Source: Phyllobates terribilis (lineage: Eukaryota). From it: a DNA stretch of 64,000 bases. The stretch lies in the NCBI RefSeq assembly GCF_046119375.1, contig NW_027362762.1, forward strand, positions 814,494,001-814,558,000, given 5' to 3'. A program made the position numbers and the translations under genes. Shown piece after piece: positions 1 through 13,300 of this stretch; positions within the stretch are counted from its first letter, which is position 1, and each line of letters begins with the position of its first letter. Below the pieces are notes generated by a model that saw nothing but the letters and a program-made list of their open reading frames with translations, ran no database searches and was not told where the DNA came from.

Positions 1-173
1 TCAAAAAATAATTATGAATGTGTCCCAAGAGGTGGGTAAGTAAAAAGTCCGATTGATAGTAGCCAGTCAGGGTTATCAGAGGGACCATAGATTAGCAATG
101 ATACCTAAAGGAGGGAAAAAAGGGGAGGTATATCAGTTAGGGAATATTTATGTTCTTATTGTAAAGGCTGATG

Positions 174-2288
174 CCTCCATGCCTTACATTCATACTGATC
201 TCAAGAATAAATCCAATTTTAATCCATTGAATGAATACTCTGAGTCCTTCCAAAGTTTCCAAAGGAATGTCACTAATGACATTCGCCTTGTCAGTGATAG
301 GAAATGCCATAAATTTAAAAACAACTTAACTCTACTGGAAAGGAAAGCTATCAAACAACTCCAAACTAATCAGGACATTGTTATTCGTCCTGCTGACAAG
401 GGAGGAGGGATAGTTATTCTGGATCAAGACCAGTACCAACAGGAAGCCCACAGATTATTAAGCGATTCCCGTACATATAAATTAGTCAAAGAAGACCCTA
501 CCCCATTATATAAGAAAGATGAAAACCCTCACTACAAAGGGATTACACCTTGGGTTTATTAACAGACAAGAATTTGACTATATTAATATTCCCCATCCAA
601 GAATGGCTGTCTTTTATTACCTCCCAAAAATCCATAAATCCCTCACAAATCCCCCTGGCAGACCTATTATTTCTGGAATTCAATGTCTTACATCCAATCT
701 CTCTAGATTCATTGATCTCCATCTGCAGTATCTGGTCCCTCAACTCCCAGCCTTTATTAAAGATAGTAAACATATTCTAACCATGCTAAATAGGATCACC
801 TGGAAAGACAACTACATCCTAGGAACTCTTGACATATAATCACTATATACAGTGATACAACCTAAAAAAGGCTGTGAGGCTGCTACTTATTTTCTCAATA
901 AATTGAGCAATACCCCCCCAGAACAAGTCACATTTATTAAAGAATGTATGGAATTTATCTTGTCCCACAATTATTTTCAACATGGGACGAACTACTATAC
1001 CCAGGAATGGCGTACTGCCATGGGGACCAGATTCGCGCCCAGTTATGCCAATTTATATGTAGGCAGATGGGAGGATCTTTATATTTACCCAGGTGGGGCT
1101 CTGCGCGCGAATCTGGTCCTCTGGCAACGCTTTATTGATGATATTCTTTTCATCTGGTCCGGAGACCAGAAGTCACTTGATGACTTTCTATTGGAAATTA
1201 ATGTTAATGAATTTTTCCTTGAATTTTCCTCTAACGTCAGTAAACAGCAGGTGAATTTTCTAGACATTGATATCTATATTGAACAAAACCAACTATGTAC
1301 ACGTACTTATTCTAAACCTACTGACGTTAATGGCTATATACCCTTAGACAGTTGTCATCTCCCTAGTTGGCTATTAAACATCCCAAGAAGCCAATATATG
1401 AGAATCTATAGGAACTGTTCAAGGGAAACTATTTGCGCCTCCACCTCAAAATCACTTACCAAAAAATTTTTGGACAAAGGTTACAAAAAGGACTTTTTAG
1501 AAGCTACCCATAAAGCTATCTCAGAACTACAACACGAAAATCTGCTAACTGATAAAGCCAAATATGATGGAATGAGTCAGGACATTAGAAATCAAAAAAC
1601 TTTGGCAGACATCCCCATCATCACCCAATTCAATGCCAATACAAAAATTTTTTAAAAAATTGTCCGAAAACACTGGAACATCCTGAAGGAGGATAAAATC
1701 ATTGGGGATTTAATACCCCCACATCCTAAATTTGTTTTTAAAAGAGCTAACAATCTAGGGAACATAATCGCTCCAACAGTAAAAAATCCAATGAAAATCA
1801 ACCCCCATAATATGGAAGGCTCCCACCCAAATAACCACACAGGCTTTTATCCATGTCATAAATGTTCTGTTTGCAAACGCTTACCATTGAAAAAACAAAA
1901 AACTATTAAAAATCAAAACATTGAACTTCCAATTACTGACTTTATTACATGCTGCACAAAGGGAGTGATCTATGGGTTAAAATGCCCATGTGATAAGCTA
2001 TACATTGGCCGTACTAAACGCCCTCTGTATGTAAGGATCAACGAGCACCTTAGAAACATTAAAAATAAATTTGTAGGTCATCCTCTCTCCAGACACTACA
2101 CTACGAAACATGGGGGGAGGATTATTGGTACCCAAGTGATCGGTATCCAAATTGTCCCCAAACACTGGCGACAAGGGGACTACATTAAGTGCATGTCAAG
2201 AATTGAGAGTCAGTGGATTTTTAATATGGATACTCTGAGACCAAAGGGTCTCAACAGCGAGATTGAATTATTTGCGTTCAATGATTGA
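174..2288 (+). pseudogene. PLE reverse transcriptase / GIY-YIG endonuclease ORF, disrupted
   Basis: ORF pieces 53-562, 519-839, 852-1655 and 1791-2288 carry PADKGGG, GRPIISG, AMGTRFAPSYANLY, RFIDD, VNFLDI, CHKCSVC and the GIY-YIG motif. Lesions: frameshift near 520, in-frame TAA at 837-839, frameshift near 1653. Confidence 0.9.
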
Positions 2289-2361
2289 AGGACCTCCTAC
2301 CTGGACTGAAGGACATCCCACAATGGCCGCCTATAAAGTATATAAACAGCAGGCACACCTT

Positions 2362-2422
2362 AGAGAGCCATCCCTGAGGAAGGAAACCGTTTGTTTCCGA
2401 AACGCGTCGGAATTGGCTCTCT
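2362..2422 (+). ncRNA. Type I minimal hammerhead ribozyme of the PLE pseudo-LTR
   Basis: Stem I is AGAGAGCCA-TCC (2362-2373) with GGA-at-TGGCTCTCT (2409-2422). Core CTGAGGA at 2374-2380, stem II GGAAAC/GTTTCC (2382-2398), GAAA at 2399-2402, palindromic CGCG stem III, and GUC cleavage triplet at 2406-2408. Confidence 0.88.
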
Positions 2423-3251
2423 CAGCGCTCCGTAGCCTGAGGAATCACATGACCATCACGTGTCAGTGACGTCACGCAAGGTCCTACTCGTCTTGCCGGC
2501 TCCACCGTATCTGCGCGCCAACGAGGTTATACCGACGGAAGCACATAGCCACCGGCCGGGGCTCTGCTTCCTCCTGCCGCTTTACTTAACAACCCACGAG
2601 GTAAAACAGATATCATCCATATATTCAAGGATAACAGCAGTACCCGCAACGCACTCTTAGGCTTGCATTCCTGCTGACCCCTGCAACCGTCTATATCAAA
2701 GAGGAGGTAAGACTCTCATTGCCATAAGGACTAATATTGATGTCCGCTAGAGGTACTGATCACTTCTTAAAGTAATTATACAATCTACTTATTAGTACCT
2801 ATAAGTACACTCATTGGCTATATACTAGCGTTGGGTATAATATAACCAATCTGGTGGACACCCGTGGTTACTGACAACATATTGGGTCCTTCTCCCGCTA
2901 CTACCACTCATTGGGGAGACCTATGTAGTAACGCATTCATTTTAGTCTAGTTATCACTTTCTATTTCCTTCTAGGATAACTAAGTGCTCTGCTCTACCTC
3001 CAATAAGATCCTTTTTTATCTATAAGCAATATCCCAGGATCACACACAGAACTTCGATACTAGGTATTCTGTGGGTTTTTTCAAAAATCATAAAAAGAAC
3101 TACTGTAAGATTTTTTAACTAATTTTATTGAATATATTTTTAAATCTCTTGCACAATAGGCACCTATATATTCTAGCCACTTGGATATCACTCCCGGCGG
3201 GAATACGCAATATAGGAATACACTTATACAAGGAAGGTAACTATTCCTCTT

Positions 3252-3424
3252 CATCAGCCTTTACAATAAGAACATAAATATTCCCTAACTGATATACCTC
3301 CCCTTTTTTCCCTCCTTTAGGTATCATTGCTAATCTATGGTCCCTCTGATAACCCTGACTGGCTACTATCAATCGGACTTTTTACTTACCCACCTCTTGG
3401 GACACATTCATAATTATTTTTTGA
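3252..3424. repeat. Inverted repeat partner of bases 1-173
   Basis: Its reverse complement matches 1-173 with no mismatch found by eye; the repeat probably continues beyond the left edge of the window. Confidence 0.92.
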
Positions 3425-3743
3425 ATTACTATTTATGCCTTTTAACTTATTTGAAATAAATTCATTTTATTGACAATCTACTCACCCTCCCACTTTCTTT
3501 TCCGACAGCTCAGCGCGAATTTTTTATACTTATTTAATTTTCATTTTTAGACAATTGTGGTTTTGTTTAAATTCGCTGCAGACCTCTTGGTTTTATTCCC
3601 AGGAGCGCCACTGATCTAGACTTTTTCTTTTTTTAGATTTCAATTTAAGATAAAATTATCCATGTAAAACCAGGTAAGATGGAGAACAGCTCCAGTCAAG
3701 GGAAAAACCACCAACATGGGCTAATAAAACTGACATTACTTAC

Positions 3744-3821
3744 TTGGAAACCGGAGACAAGGAACCATTTACCACCGGAGATTCAGCTGAAGACTCCCCA
3801 TTTCCACTGCTAATATGCCTC
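3744..3821 (-). CDS. pom121: Nuclear pore membrane protein POM121, coding exon 4
   Basis: tag|G AGG CAT...TCC AA|gtaagt, 78 bp. RHISSGNGESSAESPVVNGSLSPVSK aligns with the POM121 segment RHDSSGSGHSAFEPLVANG; phase matches exon 3. Confidence 0.85.
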
Positions 3822-3966
3822 CTAGGGAAAGGGGAAAATATAATATATGTAACTGAGCTCTGGACTAAACAATACAGCTGAACTTAGAAATTCAGCATTT
3901 TCTTTAATAACACCAATACGCTGCAGTCCTTTACTATTATGTCTGAGTCTCCCACATGGCCTAGTT

Positions 3967-6900
3967 CAGGGCTCGACAAACCCAGGCGCCTGGTCGCCAG
4001 GAAAATGTTGTCTGGCGCCTAGAAAATGTTGCCTGGTGCTTGAGGAGTTGAGAAGAAAAAAAAATAGTCTCAATCCAATCCCACCTCCTGCACGGAGTCA
4101 TCCAATCGGAGGAAGCAGGGACAGTATCGCTCAGGCCGCCTTCTCCACTTTGCTCCGCCCCCCTTATGCTCCGGGACTGGACAGGGAGAGTTGGGTTACG
4201 GGGGAAGGATCGCTGTGGCCGGGGGCCCGTTCTCATCTCCCGCTACCTGTGTAAGTACATACAAAGGCCGTGCTCCCCGGGGAGACGCTGTGTGCGAGGG
4301 GGTCTATATGTACAGTTTGTCAACAAAAAAACGGAACAGGCATTTTTTAAAAAAAAATTAGTTTCTTTGATTTTTCTGAGAAAAAAACTGAGAATATAAA
4401 AAATTTATAGATGTAATGACATCTATTTATTTTTTTTTAAAAAGCAATTTTTAAAGCATTCGTAAAAATTTTAAAAAAAATGTCAAGAAAAAAACGGAAC
4501 AATTTATCTTTACTTTTCCCTCCAAAAAACATTTAAGGTGAGTATGTTGTTTCATTGATTTAGAAAAGTGTTGTTCCTACAAAAAAGGATTTGAAACTTA
4601 TGGTTAGAAAATAAAATATATGGATAATAAGGCAGATTGATTTTTAATCTTCTCTAGAAGTGCTGAGAGACCCTATCCTGCTGGACCACCACTGAATGGA
4701 GTTTCCTACATTGCTAAATCTTTTTGTAAGTAGGGTATAGCAGTATATACACAGTATATGCTGTAATTATATGGTTACTATATGGCAGTATATTCACAGT
4801 GTATCCCATTATTATATGGGTACTATATGGCGGACTGCGGAGTGTTGCTGGAAGAACAAAGTCGGGTGCCGCCGGGAGAACGAAGCCGGAGTACTGCCTC
4901 GTCCACTCTGACAAAGAAGGGTAAAGAGATCATGTGTAAGTTATAATTGGCATAGCAGAGCAAAGTGCACATTTTTTTTTCTTTTCTGGGTTCAGGAAAA
5001 ATATGAAGCGCAGAGCAACAGAGAGAATACCAGAAAATGAAAAGCAACTGAAAATGACACAGTTCTTTACAAAGACCTCTCTTGAAAGCGCAGTGCAACA
5101 GGTAGAAAGTGCCGGGCAACAGGTAACTGAAGAAACAAGAGTTGACCCACCAGCAGAGGAGTCCCCATCAACAAGCCGTTGTCAAACTGCTGGACCCAGG
5201 AGATTTAGGCAAGAGTGGTGTAAAGAACTCGCATGGCTTAAATTTGACCATACAACTGGTATAGCTATATGCGAGATTTGTGCTTCCTTCCCTGGCATTG
5301 CTGACCAAGCATCTAGGATCGTAAAAGGATTTTCAGGACCCTTTAAACTTGAAACCTTCAAAAAGCAGCAAAGTCTCTCCAGCATCTAAATTGTGCGGAG
5401 GCTAAACCTGCAGCGTTGGCTCCAGAAGCTACTCCATTGGCTGCTTGTATAAGGAAAATGGATGAAGACATTTTTAAACATATGACCATTCTATTTAATG
5501 TGGCCTATTATATTGCCAAAAACAACAGACCTTTCACAGATTTTGAAGGGTTGCTAGAGTTGACGGAGAAATTAGGGAGTGCTGTGCGACAGGAATATGC
5601 AAACGATAAAAGAGGCAAAGAATTCATTTCCCATATTGCAGAAATAATCAGGAAAAACCTAATCAGTGAGCTCAAAGAGGCAAAATATGTCAGCTTGATG
5701 CTAGATGGCTCAACTGACAAAGCAGGGGTTGAACAACTGATTCTGTATGTCAGGTACATCAAGGACAACAGGGTCAAAAGTATTTCTTTCTGTTTCTCCT
5801 CTTGAAATGGCTACTGCAGATGGATATTTAGAAGCGCTCACAGAAGAACTTAGAACACTTGGTCTTGTAGGCTGGCTTTCTTCAAGTCACTTGATTGCCA
5901 TTGGTACAGATGGTGCTGCCAGCATGATTGGGACCGAAAATGGCTTGGTGCAGAAAATACGCCAAAACATCAGTCATTTAATTGGCATTCACTGTGTTGC
6001 ACACCGATTGAACTTAAGTGTATTAAGTTCAGTAAAACAAGCTAAATTAATTGATGATTTTGACTCCATTTTAAAGAAACTCTACCAATTTTATCAATAC
6101 TCACCTAAGAGAATGCGACAGCTGAAGCAAGTAGCAGAAAACCTGCAGCTTACAATTCTGAAATTCCAATACTTGCATAATGTCAGATGGGTAGCAAGCA
6201 AAGTCGGTGCTCTGTCTGCACTTGTCAAAGACTGGAAATGCGTGACAATCCACTTAGAAAGTGTGGCTGCGGAAAAAGACAGTGCCTCTGCAGCTGCCCA
6301 TGGTTTACTGAGAAAGCTCACAGATTTTAAATTTGTTCACATGCTCCATTTTCTACTGGACTATCTGGAAATTCTTAAAAACTTGTCACTTATATTTCAA
6401 AGGGAAGAGCTTTTTTTAAGCACAATTGAGTTGCATGTGAAAAGCACAATTTCAACAATCAATTCACTTAGAGATGCACCAAAACAACATGAGGCCAGAT
6501 TTGTCTCAGGAACATCTCTTCAAGGGACTGTTTCAAAATGTACAGCTACACGGACTGAGCAACACTGTAGCTGCATCAATTCAGCAGGAAAAAGCTAATT
6601 TAATTAATCATGCAGTTAAATACGATTTCTAAGTGATATAAATTTCGATATAAATTTGCGATTTCTAAGTGATATAAATATTGAAAGATCCACCGCAGTG
6701 TTTGACACCTTTGCCTGGCCAGCAGGAACAACATTGCAAGACTACGGTGTGGTTGAGATTACTGCATTGGCTCATCATTTTCGTAAACAGCTATCTCCAC
6801 CTGAAAGTGATGACCAATGCATTCACTCACTCCTCAATGAGTGGTTTGAGTTTAAGGTCCTTGGAAAAGGAAAGAAACTGTGTGAGCTTCTGGATTTGGC

Positions 6901-7371
6901 ACTCTCCAACACCGAGAGATTTCCAGTTCTGGGAAACCTGTTGTCGATTGTGGCGGTGCTCCCGGTCTCAACCTCATGTTGTTCATCAAACTAAATCCTC
7001 TTTCACATGGTCAAAAATAAATTCAGATCAAGGATGCAAGAAGAAAGTTTAAGTGACTTGTTTATGATCACCATGAATGGGCCATCTGCGAAGGCGTTTG
7101 ATCCTGCCAAGGCTGTGGACCACTGGTACTTCAGCTCTAAAATCACAAGGCATGTTCATGGCCACAAAAAGCAAAGTGAAAAACACTAGAATGTTGCCTA
7201 AAATCTAAAATATCAAAATATAATATTTATTATCTTTAAAAGTAAAATGTTGTTTATAACGTTTGTAATGTTTTTTTTTGTTAAATTAAAAACCAAGTTT
7301 GCTTAAAAAAAATTCTGGCTCCTAAATTTTTTGGCTGGCTCCTAGATTCTGAACAACTTTGTCGACCCCTG
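3967..7371 (+). mobile_element. hAT DNA transposon (3405 bp) in pom121 intron 3
   Basis: TIRs CAGGGCTCGACAAA (3967-3980) and TTTGTCGACCCCTG (7358-7371), 1 mismatch. Perfect 8-bp TSD GCCTAGTT at 3959-3966 and 7372-7379. Confidence 0.95.
5003..7189 (+). pseudogene. hAT transposase (ZNF862/C17orf113-like), disrupted
   Basis: Fragments contain a TTF-type Zn finger region (FRQEW..WL..C..C), SLMLDGSTD, GTDGAASMIG, IHCVAHRLNL, VRW and a hATC-like C-terminus (PVSTSCC..FS..). Several stops and frameshifts, plus a small local duplication near 6620-6680. Confidence 0.88.
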
Positions 7372-7444
7372 GCCTAGTTTATAAGGTCAATGTAAAGTAG
7401 AGGTGGCAAAGCCTCCTACCATAGTCAGCATTTTGAGTTCTTAC

Positions 7445-7609
7445 CTTCTTTTGTTCTCCATCTCTCCACTTCCATTGTATTCTTCATCTTTGTTCATTCT
7501 CTTTCTGCGCTCTCGGATGGCATTGAGCACGGTCTCCTTTGCACAAGGGTCTGGAGGTGCACATGTAACAGACGGGGAGGTCGAGCTCACAGATAACAGA
7601 CTGTTCAAC
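7445..7609 (-). CDS. pom121: POM121 coding exon 3
   Basis: aag|G TTG AAC...AGA AG|gtaaga, 165 bp. Encodes PPDPCAKETVLNAIRERRKR...ENKRR, matching the conserved POM121 PDPCAKETVL motif. Confidence 0.95.
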
Positions 7610-7788
7610 CTTTGAAGGGAAGGAAAAAAAATCTTTAAGATCCAAGAAGGGTTTAAACTGACTGCACAGAAATTACTCGTTTAACCCCTTCACGACATAT
7701 GGCGTATATGTACGTCATGTGACGTGTCCCTGCCTTTGATGCAGGCTCACACACAGAGCCCGCTTCTTTCCCAGCAGATGGCTGACTA

Positions 7789-8655
7789 AGGCTGAGTTCA
7801 CACGATGCGTTTTTCATGCGTTTCCGCGGCGTTTTTGCAGTTGCATAAACGCCGCGGAAACGCATGAAAAACGCATGGTAGAAGGGCAGCAATGTTCCCC
7901 AATGGAAATCCGCATGTGCTGTGCCCATGATGCGGATTTTTCCGCAGCGTAAACGCTGCGGTCAAAAATCCGCAGCATGTCAATTAATTTTGCGGAAACG
8001 CTGCTCTTTTGCCGCCATTGACTTGCATTAGACCGCATGGAATCCGCATCACTGTATATGTTGATGCGCTTTTCATGCGGTCTAATGTGCGGATGGTACC
8101 CGGGTGTGGATGAGAGGACTCGCATCCAGACCCAGGTACCATTAAAAAAAAAAAGAATAAAATAAAAAATACATATATTCTCACCTTCTGACGGCCCGCG
8201 CTGCGTCCTGCCGGCTTCCCGCGCACTTCGCGGTTGAATGAAGGACCTTCGCTGACGTCAGAGTCATGTGACGGGTCACGTGACGCTGACGTCGGAAGGT
8301 CCTACAGTCTTCACTGCCGGCAGCCGGGACTGATGAAGCAGGACACCGGGGGCCATCAGAGGGTAACGTATAGATTTATTTTTTATTTTTTGACATCACA
8401 CACACTATATAAATCCATGCCGGTTGCATGGATTTATATAATGTAAAGTTGACAAGCACTTTCCAAGTGATGCTAAAATCGCTTGGGAAGCGCTTGTCAA
8501 CCCGCATGCGGAAATGAAAGTGAAGACCGCTTCATTTCCGCATGTCCCTGGCAGGAAACCGCATGTACAATCCGCATGCGTTTTTTCCTGCCAGAGAGAA
8601 GCAGAAACGCTCAGGAAAAAATCCTGAGCATTTCTGCATCGTGTGCACATACCCT
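7789..8655. mobile_element. Non-autonomous DNA transposon (Harbinger-like MITE), copy 1, nested in another repeat
   Basis: Imperfect TIRs AGGCTGAGTTCACACGATGC / GCATCGTGTGCACATACCCT flanked by TA(A). Inserted in the centre of the host palindrome GATGGCTGA-cta-ATCAGCCATC. Near-identical to 36038-36895. Confidence 0.85.
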
Positions 8656-8869
8656 TAATCAGCCATCAGGTATCCAACTGCCATGGAAAAAGCCAGCAGG
8701 GGGCGCATCATTCCACATGCCCATCAGTGTGTCCGTGACATGATTGCAGAGCACCAAAGGGTTGCAATGACAGCTGTAGCTCTGCTGAAGATCTCCGTGC
8801 ATGCCATGTCTATTCTCCTGTGAAAGCCCCAACCTTTGAAACCAACTCATAAAACAGCAGATCACTTAC

Positions 8870-9082
8870 ACTGGCGACCGAGCAATATTTGCATCAGGAC
8901 GGGCAATTTTCACCGTCATGGGACTGCGCATCTGAGAATGTTTAGGTGACAGCAGAGGTTTTCTTGGAAAGCCATCTATATACACTGTAGGAAGAGATCC
9001 CGGCATACTGAATTGGGGCTGGTGGGTGGGGTACCGCCTGCGTGGGCTCATGAACGGCCGGTTAATTACAACAGGAGTCTCC
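8870..9082 (-). CDS. pom121: POM121 coding exon 2
   Basis: ctag|G GAG ACT...CCA GT|gtaagt, 213 bp. FMSPRRRYPTHQPQFS...SPMTVKIARPD matches POM121 TPRRRYPIHQ...SPVTVRIAPPD. Confidence 0.95.
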
Positions 9083-10350
9083 CTAGAGAAGAAAAAAAAA
9101 AAAAAACTGTAACAGAGATACATATTATATATACACACACTTAAGGAATTAACAGGACGGCAGTACAATATAAATCACTCCTCAAATCAGACAGTAATCA
9201 ATGTATGGAGATGAGAATGGAGGTCTCACATGTGGTAATCAGATAAACTATTCCCTACAGAGGAAATGGCACATGTCCCATTGCTGTGGGGTGAGCACTA
9301 GTACTCAGACGGACTTGTTAAGGAGTTTGCCGCCACTGGACAGTCACCCCTGCTTAACAAATTCAGGGCTCCACAGAAAAACAATGTATACTCCCCTCCT
9401 GCAGCACCGTTCTAACCACGCTAGTGCTAGTTCTCCAAGCTGGTACAATGACAGTGTCCTGTGATCATTGCAGCCAATCAGCAGCTGCTGATCGGTTGCA
9501 GCTAGTCAATATTCCATCAGATGAGATGTACACTGACAAAATACTACAAACCGTAGCCAGTCAGCGGCCACAGACTGTGTAGCAGAAGTCACATCGGCCG
9601 TGAACAGCAGTAGTGACATGGATGGAGGGTATACTTTGTTTGCTTTCTATGGGCCCCACAATCTATTAATCAGGAGCTGTACAGTAGTGGACAACTCCTT
9701 TAAATACATGTTTCCTGTAAAAAGTCACCACTTTACGAAGAAAACACCTGCCTCATGGCAGGATGGAGCTGAACTGATTTTGCTGTGTGTAGTTCAGCAT
9801 GAATCAGTTGTCAGAATCCCTTTAACACGGTAGGTCGACAGCTGCAAATGCATCGCAAATGGCGTTGTAAGTGTAAGGCAGCTACTTCTCTCCATTCTAC
9901 CAGTGATTGCTCATGCGCAGCCAGGAAGAGCAGTCATGATTGTGGTAACACTGACAGGACTCTCCCATGAGTTATCAGGTGCCTGGACTCTTGCACATGC
10001 AAATCGGAAGCAAAAATAACAGTTTGGTGGTATTAAGAGGGGTCTACAGAAAAACGATCTTCAAATAGCACATTATATAACCCGCCAGTCTGTCCGACCA
10101 GGACCCCACTCCACTGACCACTTTGATTCTGTTTCAGGACAGCAAATAATCAGAGTGAAGTGAGGAGGGGGCTGCACACGGCTTATTTCAATTCCTAAAT
10201 CAGACCCCTTCCCTAATGCAGAGATATAAACGTTCATACTCATCTAGATTTAGCTGTAAATCCCGCTGCAGATGGCAATTCATCCACAGGAGAAGGGATA
10301 CACAACATAACTGGGACCCCCACTATCAGTACATGGGCCCTGAGGAGAGC

Positions 10351-13300
10351 CTGACCACCGTGGGAATGATCACCGCTCAGGACCCCCCCCACCACACACT
10401 GACCACCGTGGGAATGATCACAGCTCAGGACCCCCCCCACCACACACTGACCACCGTGGGAATGATCACAGCTCAGGACCCCCCCCACCACACACTGACC
10501 ACCGTGGGAATGATCACAGCTCAGGACCCCCCCCACCACACACTGACCACCGTGGGAATGATCACAGCTCAGGACCCCCCCCACCACACACTGACCACCG
10601 TGGGAATGATCACAGCTCAGGACCCCCCCCACCACACACTGACCACCGTGGGAATGATCACAGCTCAGGACCCCCCCCACCACACACTGACCACCGTGGG
10701 AATGATCACAGCTCAGGACCCCCCCCACCACACACTGACCACCGTGGGAATGATCACAGCTCAGGACCCCCCCCACCACACACTGACCACCGTGGGAATG
10801 ATCACAGCTCAGGACCCCCCCCACCACACACTGACCACCGTGGGAATGATCACAGCTCAGGACCCCCCCCACCACACACTGACCACCGTGGGAATGATCA
10901 CAGCTCAGGACCCCCCCCACCACACACTGACCACCGTGGGAATGATCACAGCTCAGGACCCCCCCCACCACACACTGACCACCGTGGGAATGATCACAGC
11001 TCAGGACCCCCCCCACCACACACTGACCACCGTGGGAATGATCACAGCTCAGGACCCCCCCCCACCACACACTGACCACCGTGGGAATGATCACAGCTCA
11101 GGACCCCCCCCACCACACACTGACCACCGTGGGAATGATCACAGCTCAGGACCCCCCCCACCACACACTGACCACCGTGGGAATGATCACAGCTCAGGAC
11201 CCCCCCCACCACACACTGACCACCGTGGGAATGATCACAGCTCAGGACCCCCCCCACCACACACTGACCACCGTGGGAATGATCACAGCTCAGGACCCCC
11301 CCCACCACACACTGACCACCGTGGGAATGATCACAGCTCAGGACCCCCCCCACCACACACTGACCACCGTGGGAATGATCACAGCTCAGGACCCCCCCCA
11401 CCACACACTGACCACCGTGGGAATGATCACAGCTCAGGACCCCCCCCACCACACACTGACCACCGTGGGAATGATCACAGCTCAGGACCCCCCCCACCAC
11501 ACACTGACCACCGTGGGAATGATCACAGCTCAGGACCCCCCCCACCACACACTGACCACCGTGGGAATGATCACAGCTCAGGACCCCCCCCACCACACAC
11601 TGACCACCGTGGGAATGATCACAGCTCAGGACCCCCCCCACCACACACTGACCACCGTGGGAATGATCACAGCTCAGGACCCCCCCCACCACACACTGAC
11701 CACCGTGGGAATGATCACAGCTCAGGACCCCCCCCACCACACACTGACCACCGTGGGAATGATCACAGCTCAGGACCCCCCCCACCACACACTGACCACC
11801 GTGGGAATGATCACAGCTCAGGACCCCCCCCACCACACACTGACCACCGTGGGAATGATCACAGCTCAGGACCCCCCCCACCACACACTGACCACCGTGG
11901 GAATGATCACAGCTCAGGACCCCCCCCACCACACACTGACCACCGTGGGAATGATCACAGCTCAGGACCCCCCCCACCACACACTGACCACCGTGGGAAT
12001 GATCACAGCTCAGGACCCCCCCCACCACACACTGACCACCGTGGGAATGATCACAGCTCAGGACCCCCCCCACCACACACTGACCACCGTGGGAATGATC
12101 ACAGCTCAGGACCCCCCCCACCACACACTGACCACCGTGGGAATGATCACAGCTCAGGACCCCCCCCACCACACACTGACCACCGTGGGAATGATCACAG
12201 CTCAGGACCCCCCCCACCACACACTGACCACCGTGGGAATGATCACAGCTCAGGACCCCCCCCACCACACACTGACCACCGTGGGAATGATCACAGCTCA
12301 GGACCCCCCCCACCACACACTGACCACCGTGGGAATGATCACAGCTCAGGACCCCCCCCACCACACACTGACCACCGTGGGAATGATCACAGCTCAGGAC
12401 CCCCCCCACCACACACTGACCACCGTGGGAATGATCACAGCTCAGGACCCCCCCCACCACACACTGACCACCGTGGGAATGATCACAGCTCAGGACCCCC
12501 CCCACCACACACTGACCACCGTGGGAATGATCACAGCTCAGGACCCCCCCCACCACACACTGACCACCGTGGGAATGATCACAGCTCAGGACCCCCCCCA
12601 CCACACACTGACCACCGTGGGAATGATCACAGCTCAGGACCCCCCCCACCACACACTGACCACCGTGGGAATGATCACAGCTCAGGACCCCCCCCACCAC
12701 ACACTGACCACCGTGGGAATGATCACAGCTCAGGACCCCCCCCACCACACACTGACCACCGTGGGAATGATCACAGCTCAGGACCCCCCCCACCACACAC
12801 TGACCACCGTGGGAATGATCACAGCTCAGGACCCCCCCCACCACACACTGACCACCGTGGGAATGATCACAGCTCAGGACCCCCCCCACCACACACTGAC
12901 CACCGTGGGAATGATCACAGCTCAGGACCCCCCCCACCACACACTGACCACCGTGGGAATGATCACAGCTCAGGACCCCCCCCACCACACACTGACCACC
13001 GTGGGAATGATCACAGCTCAGGACCCCCCCCACCACACACTGACCACCGTGGGAATGATCACAGCTCAGGACCCCCCCCACCACACACTGACCACCGTGG
13101 GAATGATCACAGCTCAGGACCCCCCCCACCACACACTGACCACCGTGGGAATGATCACAGCTCAGGACCCCCCCCACCACACACTGACCACCGTGGGAAT
13201 GATCACAGCTCAGGACCCCCCCCACCACACACTGACCACCGTGGGAATGATCACAGCTCAGGACCCCCCCCACCACACACTGACCACCGTGGGAATGATC

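Larger units (their letters stand above)
1..3630 (+). mobile_element. Penelope-like retroelement (PLE), 5'-truncated, with inverted 5' terminal segment; lies in pom121 intron 4, antisense to the gene
   Basis: RT followed by GIY-YIG endonuclease (GVIYGLKCPCDKLYIGRTKR), then a long 3' region with a hammerhead motif. Bases 1-173 are the reverse complement of 3252-3424. The 3' boundary (~3630) is approximate. Confidence 0.9.

Noticed and set aside
3240-3262. Minus-strand CTGATGA at the inversion breakpoint resembling a hammerhead core
   Set aside because: No stem II and no GAAA/NUH at a suitable distance.
7403-7615. Plus-strand 70-aa hydrophobic ORF
   Set aside because: It is the antisense shadow of pom121 exon 3.
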